DNA of 64,000 nucleotides from NCBI GenBank assembly GCA_964019425.1, contig OZ025786.1, positions 806,001 through 870,000 on the forward strand. Direction: 5' to 3'. Position numbers and translations under genes: made by a program. The notes below the pieces were generated by a model. That model did not search any database and was not told the DNA's origin. It worked only from the letters and a program-made list of their open reading frames with translations. This document shows, piece by piece, positions 44,170 through 57,184 of this stretch; the stretch's first letter is position 1; each line of letters begins with the position of its first letter. The DNA is from Flectonema sp. DT1601 (lineage: Eukaryota).

Positions 44170-47100
44170 CGTATTTTCCTGTGAGAAAAAAACAATACAT
44201 TCATAATAATCTCTTTGTAGTGGTCACAATGACATGTTAGCTGAAAGTAAAGAAAAATAAGAAAATCACTCTCCAGAAATCACAAACTACTTCACATCAA
44301 ACACAGGAGGACTAAACGGGTTAAGGGATTGGGAGGGGAAGAGAAATGTGAGTTTAGAAGGGGGTATAATAAAAAAAATACTAAAAACAACTTACAGCAA
44401 AAAAGAACTCTGGGGGGAGAATAGCTAAATCTACACACACAACACACAACACACACTCCCCTACCCACCCCCGTAGGGGGGCCTGAAATGTTTTAAATAT
44501 ATTTATGAAGAAATAAATAACTGTATTCTGATCAAAGCTAACTAATGTAAACATCAGTCATAATACAGTGACCAAACGTAATGTTAGTATAGGTAAACAC
44601 TCTGCCCCCCCCCTCCCTGATTTTTTTCCCCCTCGAAGTCAGGAAAGTAAAAACTCTCACAGGCGAAAAGAGACGTTCGTTAACTAGAAACAAATCCATC
44701 GCATGCACAATCAGGCAGTGTAAGATAAGTTTTATAAAGAGCCAACTGTAAGTCTTCTATGCACCTAATTCTCACCGAAGGGGTTCTTTACTATGTGAAA
44801 GAACTACACCGTTAGTCGGTTTTTTTCCCACTCTAAAGCAGTGGATATAATGTGCTTCTAAGTGAGCACATGTTACGCAGAGGGGAAAGGGAAAAAAAAA
44901 AAAAAAAAAAAAAAAAAATGGGGTTCTTTGGACAATAATTAAAAACTGACAAAATTTCTTCTACCGTTTTTTTTATTCTAAAAAACAAAAAAAAAAAAAG
45001 CTCATTCACAAGAGGCACCAACCAGATAATGGAATAGCATTGTTACACGTTTCTTGTTCCTGGAACAGTCGAACTCTCGACTGCGCGAAGTACGAAATAA
45101 TTGCAAAGATCTGCAAATACATTAACTTTAAGGATTATTATTATTATTATTATTTTTCAAACCTTGTCGTCGTAACAGGAGTAGAATACCAAAACAAGGG
45201 ACGTGCGGTATAAAAGAAAACAGAAAATTCTGAGGAAAGGGGAAAGTCCACTACTAAGTATTATATAAAAGCAAATCTATGTTTTTTTTAAGTATTCGAT
45301 CCCTTTATTAAAAACAAATTTCCCCCTACTTTAACCCGGAGGTATTAAAATAAAAATTAAAAAAAAAAAATTTAAAAAGCAACAAGAGGTTTAATTACGA
45401 AACTGATAACAGTTTTCTCCACCCGCTTTTTTTTTTTTTTTGACAATTAGTCTGGGAAATGGAAAAAAGCTCTCTCTTATTTTTTTTTTTTTTTTCTGCT
45501 TCTGTTTATTTTCTTTCGAAGGGTGGGACGGACAGAAAGAGAACACGGGAAAGGGAAAAAAAAAATAAAAACGTAGAAAAAATGAACAATACCAAAACTA
45601 AAAATAGTGCGGCACGATAATGCGCGCGCTTGCAGTTGTTTTTCTTATCTACAAGAAGAGAAAAAAAAAAAAAACATAAATAACAAAACAGCAGTTAACA
45701 ATATGAGACTACAATTGTTGTCTCTCATTCTCGTCAAGCTGAGTCGAGCCGACAGAAAGTCGGGACTTCCTCTTAGGGTTTTTTTTTTTTTTTTTTTCTG
45801 CGTGGTCACCTTGTCCCTACACCGGACAGTCTATTTACTTTTCTTGAGACACGATTCGCAGTATGCTAATTAATCTGTATAACAAAGACAGATGTTTTCT
45901 TGTTATTTTTTTTTTTTCTTTTTTTGATTGTGTGCAAGCAACGATCCTTTCTGTTTACCCGTAATAAGGCGCAGAAAGGCCAACCGGCTAAAAACACCAC
46001 CAAACTATTTTTTTTTTTAAATGAAAACAAAACCCTGACACAAACAAACGCTGAAATCATTTTGCCAGTAAAAAAAAAAAAAAAATATATCAGTCATTCC
46101 TTTTTTTTGCGAACAAATTCTGGACACTGAAAAAAATTTTCAAAAAAAATTGTAAAAATTTCGATCGAAGCGGCATTTTAATGCGCTGCATCGTTGGGTT
46201 CATTTCCGTCCGAAATCGGGAGGTTGGCATCACATACTTGTCTCCCGAATTGAGAAAAGAGATTTTGTGGTTTACTAAATCAGCTCAGCCGTGGACAAGT
46301 ACCAAAACTAAAAATTAATCGAAGGGTCTAATTTTACACTGCTGACCCAGCGGGATTCAGAGAAAAAATAATCGAGCAAAAATATATTAAAGAGTACTCA
46401 GCATGTGCCGGTGAGGCAGATTGTTACTACCTGTCTTTTTGGACCTACTTTGATACTTAATGAAAACACTTTCTTTATATAGATGCAACATTTTCCTTAC
46501 ATAATTGCTACTAGGGTTGATTAGTTAGCAAAAAGGTGCATATCTCTTGAGTTCGGGAGAAGGAAAAAAAATTAGTAAAAAAAAAAAAATTAGGGGTGTT
46601 TTTTACTCAGATTTTCTCGATCTTTCCATTCCAGGTCTGGGATTAATATTTATCATTGAGTAGTACCAAGGAAATCTTGCAAAGAGACGTTTATCTCTTT
46701 TTAGCAGCACTTACCATGTTTAAAAGTATATCCCTATGCCTAATTTTACAGATCGCACCCTCCCCGATTCCAAAAAATAAAAAATCGAGCAAAAGTAACA
46801 TATCGTGTAACCTTGCTCAGGCGGTGAGAAAATGGTGTTTTTTGTTCGCAAAAAAAAGGAATGACTGATATATAATTGCCGCAAACTGATGGCTGTATTT
46901 CAGCATGCTTCTGACTACATCAATTTTTTTTTTTTTTTTTTTTTGCGCCGAGGTGTTTTATGTTTGACTTTCAAGGACTTTTTAAAAAACCAAACGTACA
47001 AGAGATAAAAAAAGAATAAAATAAAAGAGAGGAAGAAGAGCAATAAACACTGCCGGATCGTACCTGTTAAAAAAAAAGGCACATCGACAAGCGTTGCAGC

Positions 47101-47579
47101 ACCTAAGCGACCAAAGGGCTGCAAAGAATCCACTATTTTCCCTCTTACCTACCAAAAAAGGGGGAAAGGACAACAAGAAAAAAAAAAGGAGAGAGAAAAA
47201 AAAAACAGTTTTTTTTTTTTTTTTTTTCCATATCGTCGTTTCACCTTTGTTGAAAGAAAATTACAAAATCAGTTATTTCAGGGGAAAAGCAAAAAAAAAA
47301 AAAAAAAAAAAATCCCACACGCACTCTCCAGTGAGCTGCTTGTTTTTTATGAGGTAATCAGCTATGATGCTTGACCTTAAATTACTTTCCTTCAGATGGT
47401 GAGAACACGGATAAAAATCAAGTTCAACTCTGCAAACCTTTTTAAAAAAAAAAAATAAATAAAAAAACGCAGGTCTGCGGTCACACTAATTAATATTTTT
47501 CCAGTTGGTTCTTCCACACGTTAATTTAGATACCTTAATTAACAATAAAAAATAAAATAAATAAAAAACCCTCATCGCA

Positions 47580-49444
47580 CTACATAAACGGTCTGGTTGG
47601 TGATGTAGGTCGCTTTTTCACTGTAGTCGTACGTTGGAAAGCACGCTTACTTGTGGATACGATTGTTGGTTGTCTAGCTGGACTTGAATAAGCAGGAACA
47701 CGTGTTAAAGGTGAACCAGTTCTGGGAGAATTTTCAAGATTTGCAGCACTGGGTAGACGGTAGTAGCCTAGTTTTTTCTTTCCACCAGTCCAGTCTGCAT
47801 AGCTCCGGACAAAACCCGGTACATCAATTTCCGATTGCGATACCATTCTTTGAATGAATGCTGCCGTATCCGCCATTGTACTGTCTTGAATTTGAAGACT
47901 ACCTCCACGTAAATCACCAAAATCCTCAACTACGACTGCATTCTGAATATGTGGTCTGATAACTAAGCTGTCATTGTCAATCACAACAGTGTCTCTGATA
48001 CTTCTTTTTAATTTTTGAATATCCTTTACGTAGTCTCTTCTCTTCCCCCATCCAAGAGTGTCCCACGTTACAATATAATCAAAACATGCACCAAGTCCGG
48101 GTATTCTTTTAATCACAAACTTTGCTTGGGCTTCGTTTGAGGCTGTCCACATGACTCTCTCGCATCCACATTTTGAAATTGCTTCCAAGCTCTCCAAGAT
48201 TCCAGGGCGGGGAACGACAGTATCATCCTCGCAGTGAGCATTTACAAGTGTCTGTTGTGTTTTTGTTTTGTTTTGTTAAGTTAGGATAGAAACAGTAATA
48301 AGCTTTATAATACCAAATAGGTTAGAAGATTAAGCTTCGTTTTAACAGTAGTTAAAAAGCAAAGATGATTTATTACACTTCTAACAAGGGGGAAAAGATG
48401 TTTCCGTATTATTCCATAAAATAAAAACCATACCTGATCTAAGTCAAACACCGTAGTAGATGTAAAACGAGCATTTCTCGCTGGAAGAGGTAGGGATGTT
48501 ACGAATGTCGGTTTTGATTTTGATCCTTTCCTCATTGGTTGAGATTGAGTCATTGTTACTGATCGTCTACTAGTCGGGGAAGGAACGACATTAGTCGCAG
48601 CAGCTGGTGGATTTGGATGCGTACTTAACTGTGCCAACTCCATAGCTGCAGAACTGCTGAATGGTTTTGGTCTTGAAAACGTTAACGTGGTACTCGCACT
48701 TGGTCTCTTAGCGGCTTTATGAACCTGAGTTGATGACGACCTCGGACTTGCCATATCCATAAGTAGGCTTTTCTCAGCTGACGGTGCTGGGCTGGGTGTT
48801 CTCGTAGTCTTAACAACAGTAACTGGTGTTCGTTTAGCTGACGGAGTAGCATCTTTTTCTCTGTCAGGAGATGAGTCTCTCAGAGCAGCTTTTGGAGTTG
48901 GTTTTGGGTTTGATGATCTGGTGATTGCTTTTGAGACTTTTTTCTTTTTTGGAGAACCCCAAGTACCACTTTTATGTGAAGGAGGCTCCATAGTCGCAGT
49001 CGTTGACCTCGTAAGGGTTGGTGTTAAAGACCTACGACGAGCACTTGTTACCACAACCGCTGGTTCTTTTTCCTGTGTAGGCGTCGCTGATCTATTTCTA
49101 CGTGCAGGAGGGATATGTGTAGTTGACATTGCGTAGACGTTACTTGGTGCTGTAGGAACACTGAATCTTCTTGTTCTCGAACTGGAGGTATCTGCCACTG
49201 ATCCTTTTCTAACCTGTCTGGGACTATTGCTTCTAAATTTAGCCTTCATACACTCTGGAACTCCTTTCTTCATCTCACCTTTACTTGCTGTTGTTGTCGC
49301 AGTTGTTGTTGTTCTTCCCGTGATATCACCATCACCATGTCCGATTGTGTCATCTGTGCTTATCTCTTCATGGCCGTTGTCATTTTCTTTATCATCTTCT
49401 CTCATCAGTTTTCTAATTGAGCTCACTGTAAATTTCTCAGGCAT
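47580..49444 (-). CDS. NIF/FCP1-SCP family HAD phosphatase with a long low-complexity N-terminus, two exons
   Basis: Intron 48252-48433 splits FDLDQ|TLV (DxDxT). Also RPG, WTAS, YVKDIQKL and VVIDND. Start taken at MPEKF (49444). Confidence 0.85.
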
Positions 49445-49720
49445 TACACTGAGGCTGAGGGAGGAGAAAATAGAACATAATAATCCGTTATGATAATTTT
49501 GCATTGAATCACACAACAAAAAGGATTCGATGTCTTTTACGTGAAATAAAAGTAAACCAAATAAAATAGGTTTTTTTGTCTTATTTTTTTGTTTTTTTTT
49601 TTAAAAAAAAAAAAACAAAAAAAACGGTTACAATATTTATCCAAAAACAGGGTTGGAATAATCGTTTTATTATAAAATAGTAGTCGCTAATAGAACAAAA
49701 TAAAATAAAATGATGCTCTA

Positions 49721-50377
49721 TTATGTTTGGGTGCGAGGAGTATCCTCATCATCAGTTAAACATTTTATTCGACCAGTTTTAGCGACGGGTATCTCCTCTC
49801 CTAAATCACCCAAAGTCATAATTTGATTAACATAAAGTGGACTAATGTCCTTAACACTCAGCCATGAAGGAAGTGCAAATCGACGAAGAGTGAGAGACGG
49901 TCGGAATAATTCAACAAATTGCTGGTCGACTGCTCGTCCTTTGTCACCAGCGAATCTGTTATATTCATCAATTATTGACACCAGTGACCAGCCTTGGACT
50001 TTACGCAAACAACCACAAACAGCACCAGTTCGATGTTTTCCTTTGTTACAATGAATAAGAATAGGATGGTTTCTCGTGTCACATATCGTACTGAGAGCTC
50101 TATTTACCTGCTCTTCAGGAATGTTAACAAAGGGTTCTTTGTTTCCTTCCATCGGAAATTTCAATACCTGAATTCCTATAGTTTTATAAAATTCTTGATT
50201 AACCATGGCGTATTCTTCAGGACACAGATAGCATATTGACCTTACTCCTAGTCTTCTCAAAAAAGCAAAATTTTTCCTACTTGGGTAACCTGATCGATAA
50301 ACACCCGGAACCATCATTGAGAAATTACTACATGGGATGAGTGTTATAGTGCTTATATCTACAATGCCTGTATCCAT
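49721..50377 (-). CDS. SIW14: Siw14/PFA-DSP family phosphatase (probable inositol pyrophosphate phosphatase)
   Basis: PCSNFSMMVPGVYRSGYP, GNKEPF, HPILIHCNKGKHRTG and DQQFVELF. Confidence 0.9.
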   Translation of the reverse strand: MDTGIVDISTITLIPCSNFSMMVPGVYRSGYPSRKNFAFLRRLGVRSICYLCPEEYAMVNQEFYKTIGIQVLKFPMEGNKEPFVNIPEEQVNRALSTICDTRNHPILIHCNKGKHRTGAVCGCLRKVQGWSLVSIIDEYNRFAGDKGRAVDQQFVELFRPSLTLRRFALPSWLSVKDISPLYVNQIMTLGDLGEEIPVAKTGRIKCLTDDEDTPRTQT

Positions 50378-51594
50378 TTTATTTTATTTTATTTTTTTTT
50401 TTTTTTCAAATTAGGTGTGTTGAGGATCTTAACCCCCCCTTGTCCCCAGACTGCGAGAAATAATTTACTAAAATTACATTTCCCACATCCAAAAAAAAAA
50501 ATCGTCTCATTCACATTCCGAATGTTATGTTGCTATTCATCTATGTTTGTGAATTTTGACTTATGCTGAATGGATAAATTGATATGTTTTTCTAAGACAT
50601 GATAAGACAACTTGACACCACCGACTAAATAATAAGCAACTTGAAAACTGGCAAAACCTAATGGGGGTGGTTAACTGCGTACGAGCAACGTACCGGATAA
50701 AAAAAAGTTAACCAACATAAATAATTTAGTAATTTATGAAGACTGTTGACTCGATTCCGTGTTGTAATTCAATACACAATTAATTAGTTGTGAAAACGAT
50801 AAAACAAACAGGGGGGGGAAAGTAGAGTAACAAGCGGGCTATCTCTGTAGATATCCATGTTAACGGTATCAGACCAAGGAGTAGACGTAACTCTATAGAA
50901 CTACAATGCAATACTTAATCCTGTTAGGATTGTTATGGCATAGCGGAAGGGAAGAAGTGAAAAAAAAATTTGATTTACAGAAGGAAATAAAAAAAGAAAT
51001 AACTAGAATCAAAAAAGGGGGGAAAGAAAAAAAAAAAAAGAAATTCACTGACGTTTAACGCATTCGTCAATATTATTATTTTTTTTCTATTTTTTTTTTC
51101 TATAGTCATATACATACATAAGCAACGGAAACTCAAAAGACAACATGACGCACACAGAGAATTATTCTTTTAAAAAAAAAGACACTACTCAGGAGTTTAA
51201 CACAATATAAAGAACAGGGAAAAAAAAAATAGGTATGAACGATTGTACTGAAAACATGTCGTTGGAAGCCAAAAACAAAAGGGTGACCATGGAAAAATAA
51301 CACAGGCCTCTATTTTTCCCCATGATTTCCGACTTGCCCATATGCGTCGGTTGGTAGGGTTTTTTTTTTTTTTTTTTTTTTTTATCTTCGTTTTTCGAGT
51401 GTAGGGAAGAAAAGAGACGAAACAAAAAAAACAAAAAAAGACCCGCTGCCTGCAGTTGTGCATCGGCTGTAACCTTTGAGTTACTTGCCAACGATCACGA
51501 GCCTTTTAAGTACACTACACAAGAAACAAACAACGAAAAAAAAATAAAAATATACCTAATAAATTATTGATTGATAAAAGTTATTTTTTTGTTT

Positions 51595-51680
51595 CTTTTT
51601 TTTTTTTGTACCGACGTAATCGGAGAAGATGCTACCTAGATTAGAGAGCCGATTTTTTCTTGTGGCCATGAATTGTGTCC
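51595..51680 (-). repeat. SINE-like interspersed repeat, copy 6
   Basis: Plus strand reads poly(T)-GTACCGACGTAATCGGAGAAG...TAGATTAGAGAGCCG, matching 3790-3836. Confidence 0.65.
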
Positions 51681-52972
51681 CATTCTTTGAGGACTGTAAA
51701 CTCTAGTATCTCTATGTAGAGAAAGTTGGTTCATGGAAGAAAGAAAAGGGAAACAAAAAAATTTGGTGCAGAATGACGTTTACTCTAATATATGGCCAGA
51801 AGGAAGTGAAATATAAAAAATAATAATAAAATAATAAATTTAAAAAAAAAAAAGGGGGCTGGGAGAAACTCAAAAAAGAAAAAAGAAAAACCTGCTCAAG
51901 TCAGTGTGACAATGCAGTTTTCTTTTTTAGTTTCCCTCTAACTATTACCTAGAGAAACACTGCTGTAATGAACTGCTTAATTATTGGCAATAAGAAGGTT
52001 CCAAGAACAAGATGAACTACGCCAGGCAACGTCAACTAAATGTTACATGAAGCTGGTTAGACATGCAAGATTCCATCTCGGTGCCCATAAGACAGCTATG
52101 ACTATAAAAAAAATAAAATAAAAAACCGACATATAGTCGACCGTTTAAAAAAAACTTTCTTTTTTTTTTTAAGGTTTTTTTTTTTTTTTTTTTTTCAATA
52201 AAACAACGCCTGGGCTGCTCACAAACAAACCTTTGAAATTCGCTCGTAGAAAGAAAATAATACATATAAAGTAGTAGTATACAAGCCAACAAAAAAAAAA
52301 AAAAAAAAAAAAAAAAACGCAGGCCCAAAAAATAGCAAGGGTAGCGACATCGATAGCTGTCATAATCAAGGAAAAGGAAAACAATAAAAATCAGTCAATG
52401 AGGTTTTTTCACAGACCAAAAAAAAAAAAAATAAAATAAAATAAATAATAATAATAAATAAAACTGTGAAGAGAACAAGAGGAGTTGAGTAGTCATCCAA
52501 TAATTGACTCGCACAAGGAATTGAATCACTCACCAGTAACAATATCAGTAGGAAGAATGAAAAAAGAATATCTCCCACAATAAAGTCCCGAAGCATGCTA
52601 AGCAGCTTTTCGCACAAAGAAGAAAAAAGAAAGGAGAAAAAATTAATCTAAGAGACTTTGATTCAACGTTGACTGATCTTTGTCAAATAGTACTTTAGTG
52701 TTCAGGTTGGGAAGTGATCAAACAACCTAACTATCCAACTGTTTGTTTTATTTTTTTTTATTTTATAATTAAGGTTGAAAAAAGCCATTAAAATAATAAT
52801 CTCGCAGTAGGACTGGAGGAAGAAAGCGTATGAAATTACCGTTTGAGTATCATCACTATGAAGAAATTATGATATTCGCAAAACACCGTATCAGTAATGC
52901 GGGAGAAGATAAGATTATTAAATTTGAGTACCTAATCGAAAGTCACGAACTCAAAGTACTAATAAAGGCTCG

Positions 52973-55204
52973 TCAAATTGCTATGCAATCTATACTAGAT
53001 GTTGAACGTATAAACTCGAAGGCAAAGCAGAGTGAGACTTTCAGACTATCGAAGAGAACAAAGCTAAAAAAAACTGATCTTAGAATTGTTTGGTTCCTCC
53101 CCTCCCATACCCCCGTGGCACCCATGCTGTTGAAAAAAACAATACATACACGAAGGCGAACACTTCCGGGACTGACGCCATCAGATACTTCATTTGTTTC
53201 ATATCGAACTTCGTATGTGTTTTCGATTGGATTGTAGCCGGTTACATTAGCATTAAACCAACCATGGTATCCGTCATTGTTTCCTTCATACCAAATAGTA
53301 ACAGGGGACCCATTTGGGTAGACTCCTGTAACAGATGTTGGCTTGTGTTCAGGAGTACCATTTGGTGTGAAGGTATGCTCCTTTTGAATAATCTCTCTCG
53401 GCGGAGGCGACTCGTAATCTTTTCCAGCTGCAAACATCGGAATTGGGTTCATTTTAATTTCCTCATTTTTGTGTGACTCGGATGATGTGTCACTCAGTTC
53501 CTTTTTCTTTTTTTCTGGCTTTTCAGCAGGTGCCCAACACCCAGGACCACATGCCTGCTGACAACACTGTGACATACCAGCCTTTTGACAACATCGGTAC
53601 TCACCACACAAAATCATTAAACAAACGCAAACAGCACATCCAGCAACAGATAAGATGACAATTAGCATTCCAGTTGACATAGTTTCTGTGGAACAGAAAT
53701 CAGCACCTTGAGTACCATCATCGCATACTAAGAATTGTGGAGTTAATAACATTTTAGGAATAGGCATACTCACCTGATTTAATACCACAGCTGGTACGGT
53801 TGGAACTCGTAAGAAGTTTAGAGTACTTAAACAACTTTTTGTTTCATCATGAATGCATCCTACGAGGTGCTTTGCTAATGATTTATCTCTCGCACGTCTT
53901 GATCTGAGTGAATTCTCGCTGTAAGATTTTCCTATTGCCCAATGCGAGTAATCTTTCCATTCTTGTTCACAGGAGTCTGGGACATACGGAGCACATCTTT
54001 GAGCTATCGTATCACAGTAGTAAGGAAATGGTATAGTAGCACTAGCAACCAAACACTGTGCATCTGAACTACACATGTTTAAGGACACTGACTTACATGT
54101 TCCGAAGTATGTTTGCGATCTTGGTAACAGCAACTGATGAGTAGTCATCAGGTCGTCGTAGAATTTACAAAATTGAACGGAACTTGCTAGTTTTCCATCG
54201 TCAACAGAATGTAAGTCAGTGCATGTTCCGTATTTAGTAGCTACTCCAAGAGTGCTTGTCTCAGTTGAAGAGTAGCTGCATGCTGACTTAAACTTGCACG
54301 TATCGTGTTCACTACAACGATCTCCTTCTTTAATAAGTTTGGTACAGACATTCGTCTGAGGATGACAAAATGAATTTGCTTTGCAATTGTGTCTATATGT
54401 CGATGGTTCTAAAACACTGCAATCAGCACCGTCGTCAATTGTTAAAAGTGTTTTACAATAACCTCGAGCTGTTACATCGTGAACAGTTGATGGACGAGAT
54501 GGATATACAAAAGTACCAGCACTCGGCACACACATCAACATTGACTCTGTGTGATATCTTGGGTCACTAGCTCCATTCGGATTACAACTGTCATATTTTA
54601 CGCGTAATCTTTGATTTAGTGTTGGAACTTGTCCCTGTGGTCTGGTTAAGGTTATGGTCGTGGTAGCAGTTACTGTTGATGGAATAGTTGGGTCAGTAAG
54701 TTCATAAATAATACTACATCCCTCATGTTCTTCTGATAATGGAGAACACGTAGTAATCCAATTTGATGATTGAGTTGATAATAAATTCATTGAATTTGGC
54801 CAACACATACCACCGCATGCGGTTTGCCAAAGTTTTCCATTTTCTGGACATCGTTGATGACTTGCAAGTGTTCCTTCTTTCAGACACACAGAATCAATAC
54901 AAAGGGAAGACTGACATTCATCACTTGTAGTACAAGTATAGCCATGCTCCTTCTTTTCATGACATCGTCCATTTCCAATTCCATCATCAGTGCTGCAGTA
55001 TAATCCGTACTCCGAACCGTATCTTTCGTGGGTGTAGTGGTCTTGAAAATCGTCCATCAAGATGCCATCATTCAAACATTTCTTTGTTCTACTACACGTG
55101 TCTCCCTTTAGCGCGTATGCACCAGTTAATGATTCCGAGATAGGACAGACTTCTGCTACTGTAGCTCCCACCATCGTTAAAACAACTGCATTACGTAGTG
55201 TCAT
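52973..55204 (-). CDS. Cys-rich type I membrane protein with a cytoplasmic Tudor/Agenet-like domain; 3' end uncertain
   Basis: Signal peptide, Cys-rich ectodomain and TM MLIVILSVAGCAVCVCLMIL. A GTATGT donor-like site after ...VRLR suggests the real C-terminus may be spliced. Confidence 0.8.
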   Translation of the reverse strand: MTLRNAVVLTMVGATVAEVCPISESLTGAYALKGDTCSRTKKCLNDGILMDDFQDHYTHERYGSEYGLYCSTDDGIGNGRCHEKKEHGYTCTTSDECQSSLCIDSVCLKEGTLASHQRCPENGKLWQTACGGMCWPNSMNLLSTQSSNWITTCSPLSEEHEGCSIIYELTDPTIPSTVTATTTITLTRPQGQVPTLNQRLRVKYDSCNPNGASDPRYHTESMLMCVPSAGTFVYPSRPSTVHDVTARGYCKTLLTIDDGADCSVLEPSTYRHNCKANSFCHPQTNVCTKLIKEGDRCSEHDTCKFKSACSYSSTETSTLGVATKYGTCTDLHSVDDGKLASSVQFCKFYDDLMTTHQLLLPRSQTYFGTCKSVSLNMCSSDAQCLVASATIPFPYYCDTIAQRCAPYVPDSCEQEWKDYSHWAIGKSYSENSLRSRRARDKSLAKHLVGCIHDETKSCLSTLNFLRVPTVPAVVLNQVSMPIPKMLLTPQFLVCDDGTQGADFCSTETMSTGMLIVILSVAGCAVCVCLMILCGEYRCCQKAGMSQCCQQACGPGCWAPAEKPEKKKKELSDTSSESHKNEEIKMNPIPMFAAGKDYESPPPREIIQKEHTFTPNGTPEHKPTSVTGVYPNGSPVTIWYEGNNDGYHGWFNANVTGYNPIENTYEVRYETNEVSDGVSPGSVRLRVCIVFFNSMGATGVWEGRNQTILRSVFFSFVLFDSLKVSLCFAFEFIRSTSSIDCIAI

Positions 55205-56570
55205 CGAACAGATGGTGGGCTGCAGTACCCGTGAGATGATGTGTGTGTTACCTAATTACTGAATTAAGAAATATCATACGTAACAAAACTGGTATAGTGG
55301 AGTTGGTAAAAAAAAAAATTTTTTTTTTAATGTTTATTCATGGTGGTGTGTTGCCTTAGTTTAAAAAAAAAGGGAAGGTAATATTACGAAAAAAAAAAAT
55401 ATAAAGAATGAGAACAAAAATAATTTTTAAATATCACAAGAACTCAAATGGTACTGTTACATGTTTGCTTTACATTTCTTTTTATTTTTAAGTTTCGTTT
55501 TTTTTTTTTTTTTTTGGTAACATAAAGAATACCACAGACAAGCCCAATACTGGCTTAAACAAAGGCGCGTTTTTCTTGTTTTGTTTTTTTTTTTTTTTGT
55601 CTTTCATTTTTGTCTTTCCTCTAGCTTCTGATGAAGTAGGGAAACTCTGAATTGTGCCTGTGGTGGTATTTATTTTTTTTATTTTTTTTTTTCTTGGAAA
55701 CCGCGGTGAGGGAACAGGAAGTTGTTTTAAAGTCTTTTTGAAGACAACAATTGAATACATAAGATTGATTACAATGAAGCAGAGCTTCGTTTTCCGTTCT
55801 TTCTTTCTTTCTTTTTTTCCCCATCCTACCCCTCCGAGTCACGTTCTTTTTTTTTTTCTTTTTTTTTTTTATTGTGAAAAAAGTTTCCGACAGCTGTAAG
55901 GGAGAACGGGGGGGGGAAAAGGGGTGAAAAGAAAAAAAAAAATATAGCCAAAGGATACAATGGAGGGTGATTTCGCTAAATAACCAGTGTCAACCCCACA
56001 ACGGGTTCGCCCTTCACTGTCTCTCCCCCTTCTTTTTTTTACAAGTGCTCGAAAGACTAGAGTCATCTGAGCTCGCTACCGACGGATCCGGGGACGACAC
56101 TTGGCATTGCGTAGGAGGTAATTTAAAAAAGAAAAAAAAATAAGGTAATTGGGAGGGAAAAAGGGAAAAGATTGCTATAAAAGTCAAAACAAGTTAGAGT
56201 AGAACTGAAAGGACTCTAATAATAACAAATACTCTCCTCTCACAACTTCCACCAAGTAGAGGGTAAAAACAGGAACATTGGGGAGAGAGGAACTTGAACA
56301 TATAAACGAAAATACTACATAAAGGTACTACAAAAACTACAGCAGCGAAAGGCAAAACACACCTCACCTTCCTTATCTAAGGCTCACAATGAATTGCTCT
56401 TCTTGCTGCCAACAAAAAAAAAAAAAAAAAAAAATGTTGATGTGTGTAACTTCACTTCGTACATAACGAAATAGTATCGACGACTGACTTCAATCAACAC
56501 AACAAAACTTCGTGCTAAAAAAAGAAAATAGGCACTCGAAGCAACTAACTTTTACACAAGTCGAAACCTA

Positions 56571-56966
56571 CTATTGTATTATTTCAATAAATTTCTGTTT
56601 ACAAGATCTAAACACCACCTTTCTGTACTCACAGTAACTTAAAGCGTCAGTAGTCATATATTGTTGGGCATCGACGAACCATTTTTGCAATTGCGGCCAA
56701 ATTGTTCCATCAGTCATTGCGTCTAAAGAGAACATAGCAAGAGCGATTGCGAAAACAATAAGACATAAACCTATAGTGCAGTCCTTAATAAACCAACCAA
56801 TAGACGAGCCTGAAACAGACAATAATAATAATGAAATTATTATTATTTCAAAGTTGGTTGTGATGAATCTGTTTGACCAAAGACCGTGAAGATAAATTGA
56901 CCAATCCTGGTTGTGTTTTTTTGTTTTTTTATTTTTTTAAATACTTACCTTAACCACATCATACAT
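56571..56966 (-). CDS. Small two-TM membrane protein, two exons
   Basis: Exon 56966-56949 (MYDVVK), a 42-nt GTAAGT..CAG intron at 56907-56948, then in frame into the 56571 ORF. Confidence 0.6.
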
Positions 56967-57184
56967 ATTTACTAAAAATAAACACATACAATAAACAGTT
57001 CCTTAGAACTAGAGATTATCGGCGTTCCAGTAGCCGCTTCAATCAAAAGCAGTGACACCAACAGGGTACCGAAAAGCTGTTTTTTTTTTTAATAATTATT
57101 TATTGAAAATTAAGTAAAAGCAACAATTTTCTTTGTTTACCAAAATAATAATCTCGCAGTAGGACTGGAGGAAGATTATCACTC

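Noticed and set aside
44833..47357. Many short ORFs rich in poly-F or poly-K (also at 11743-14047, 51189-52617, 55488-56066 and 58681-62556)
   Set aside because: They are translations of A/T homopolymer tracts with no protein-like composition.
56941..56950. ATACTTACCT, matching the U1 snRNA 5' end
   Set aside because: It is the reverse complement of the AG|GTAAGTAT intron donor of the 56571-56966 gene, and no U1 body follows.
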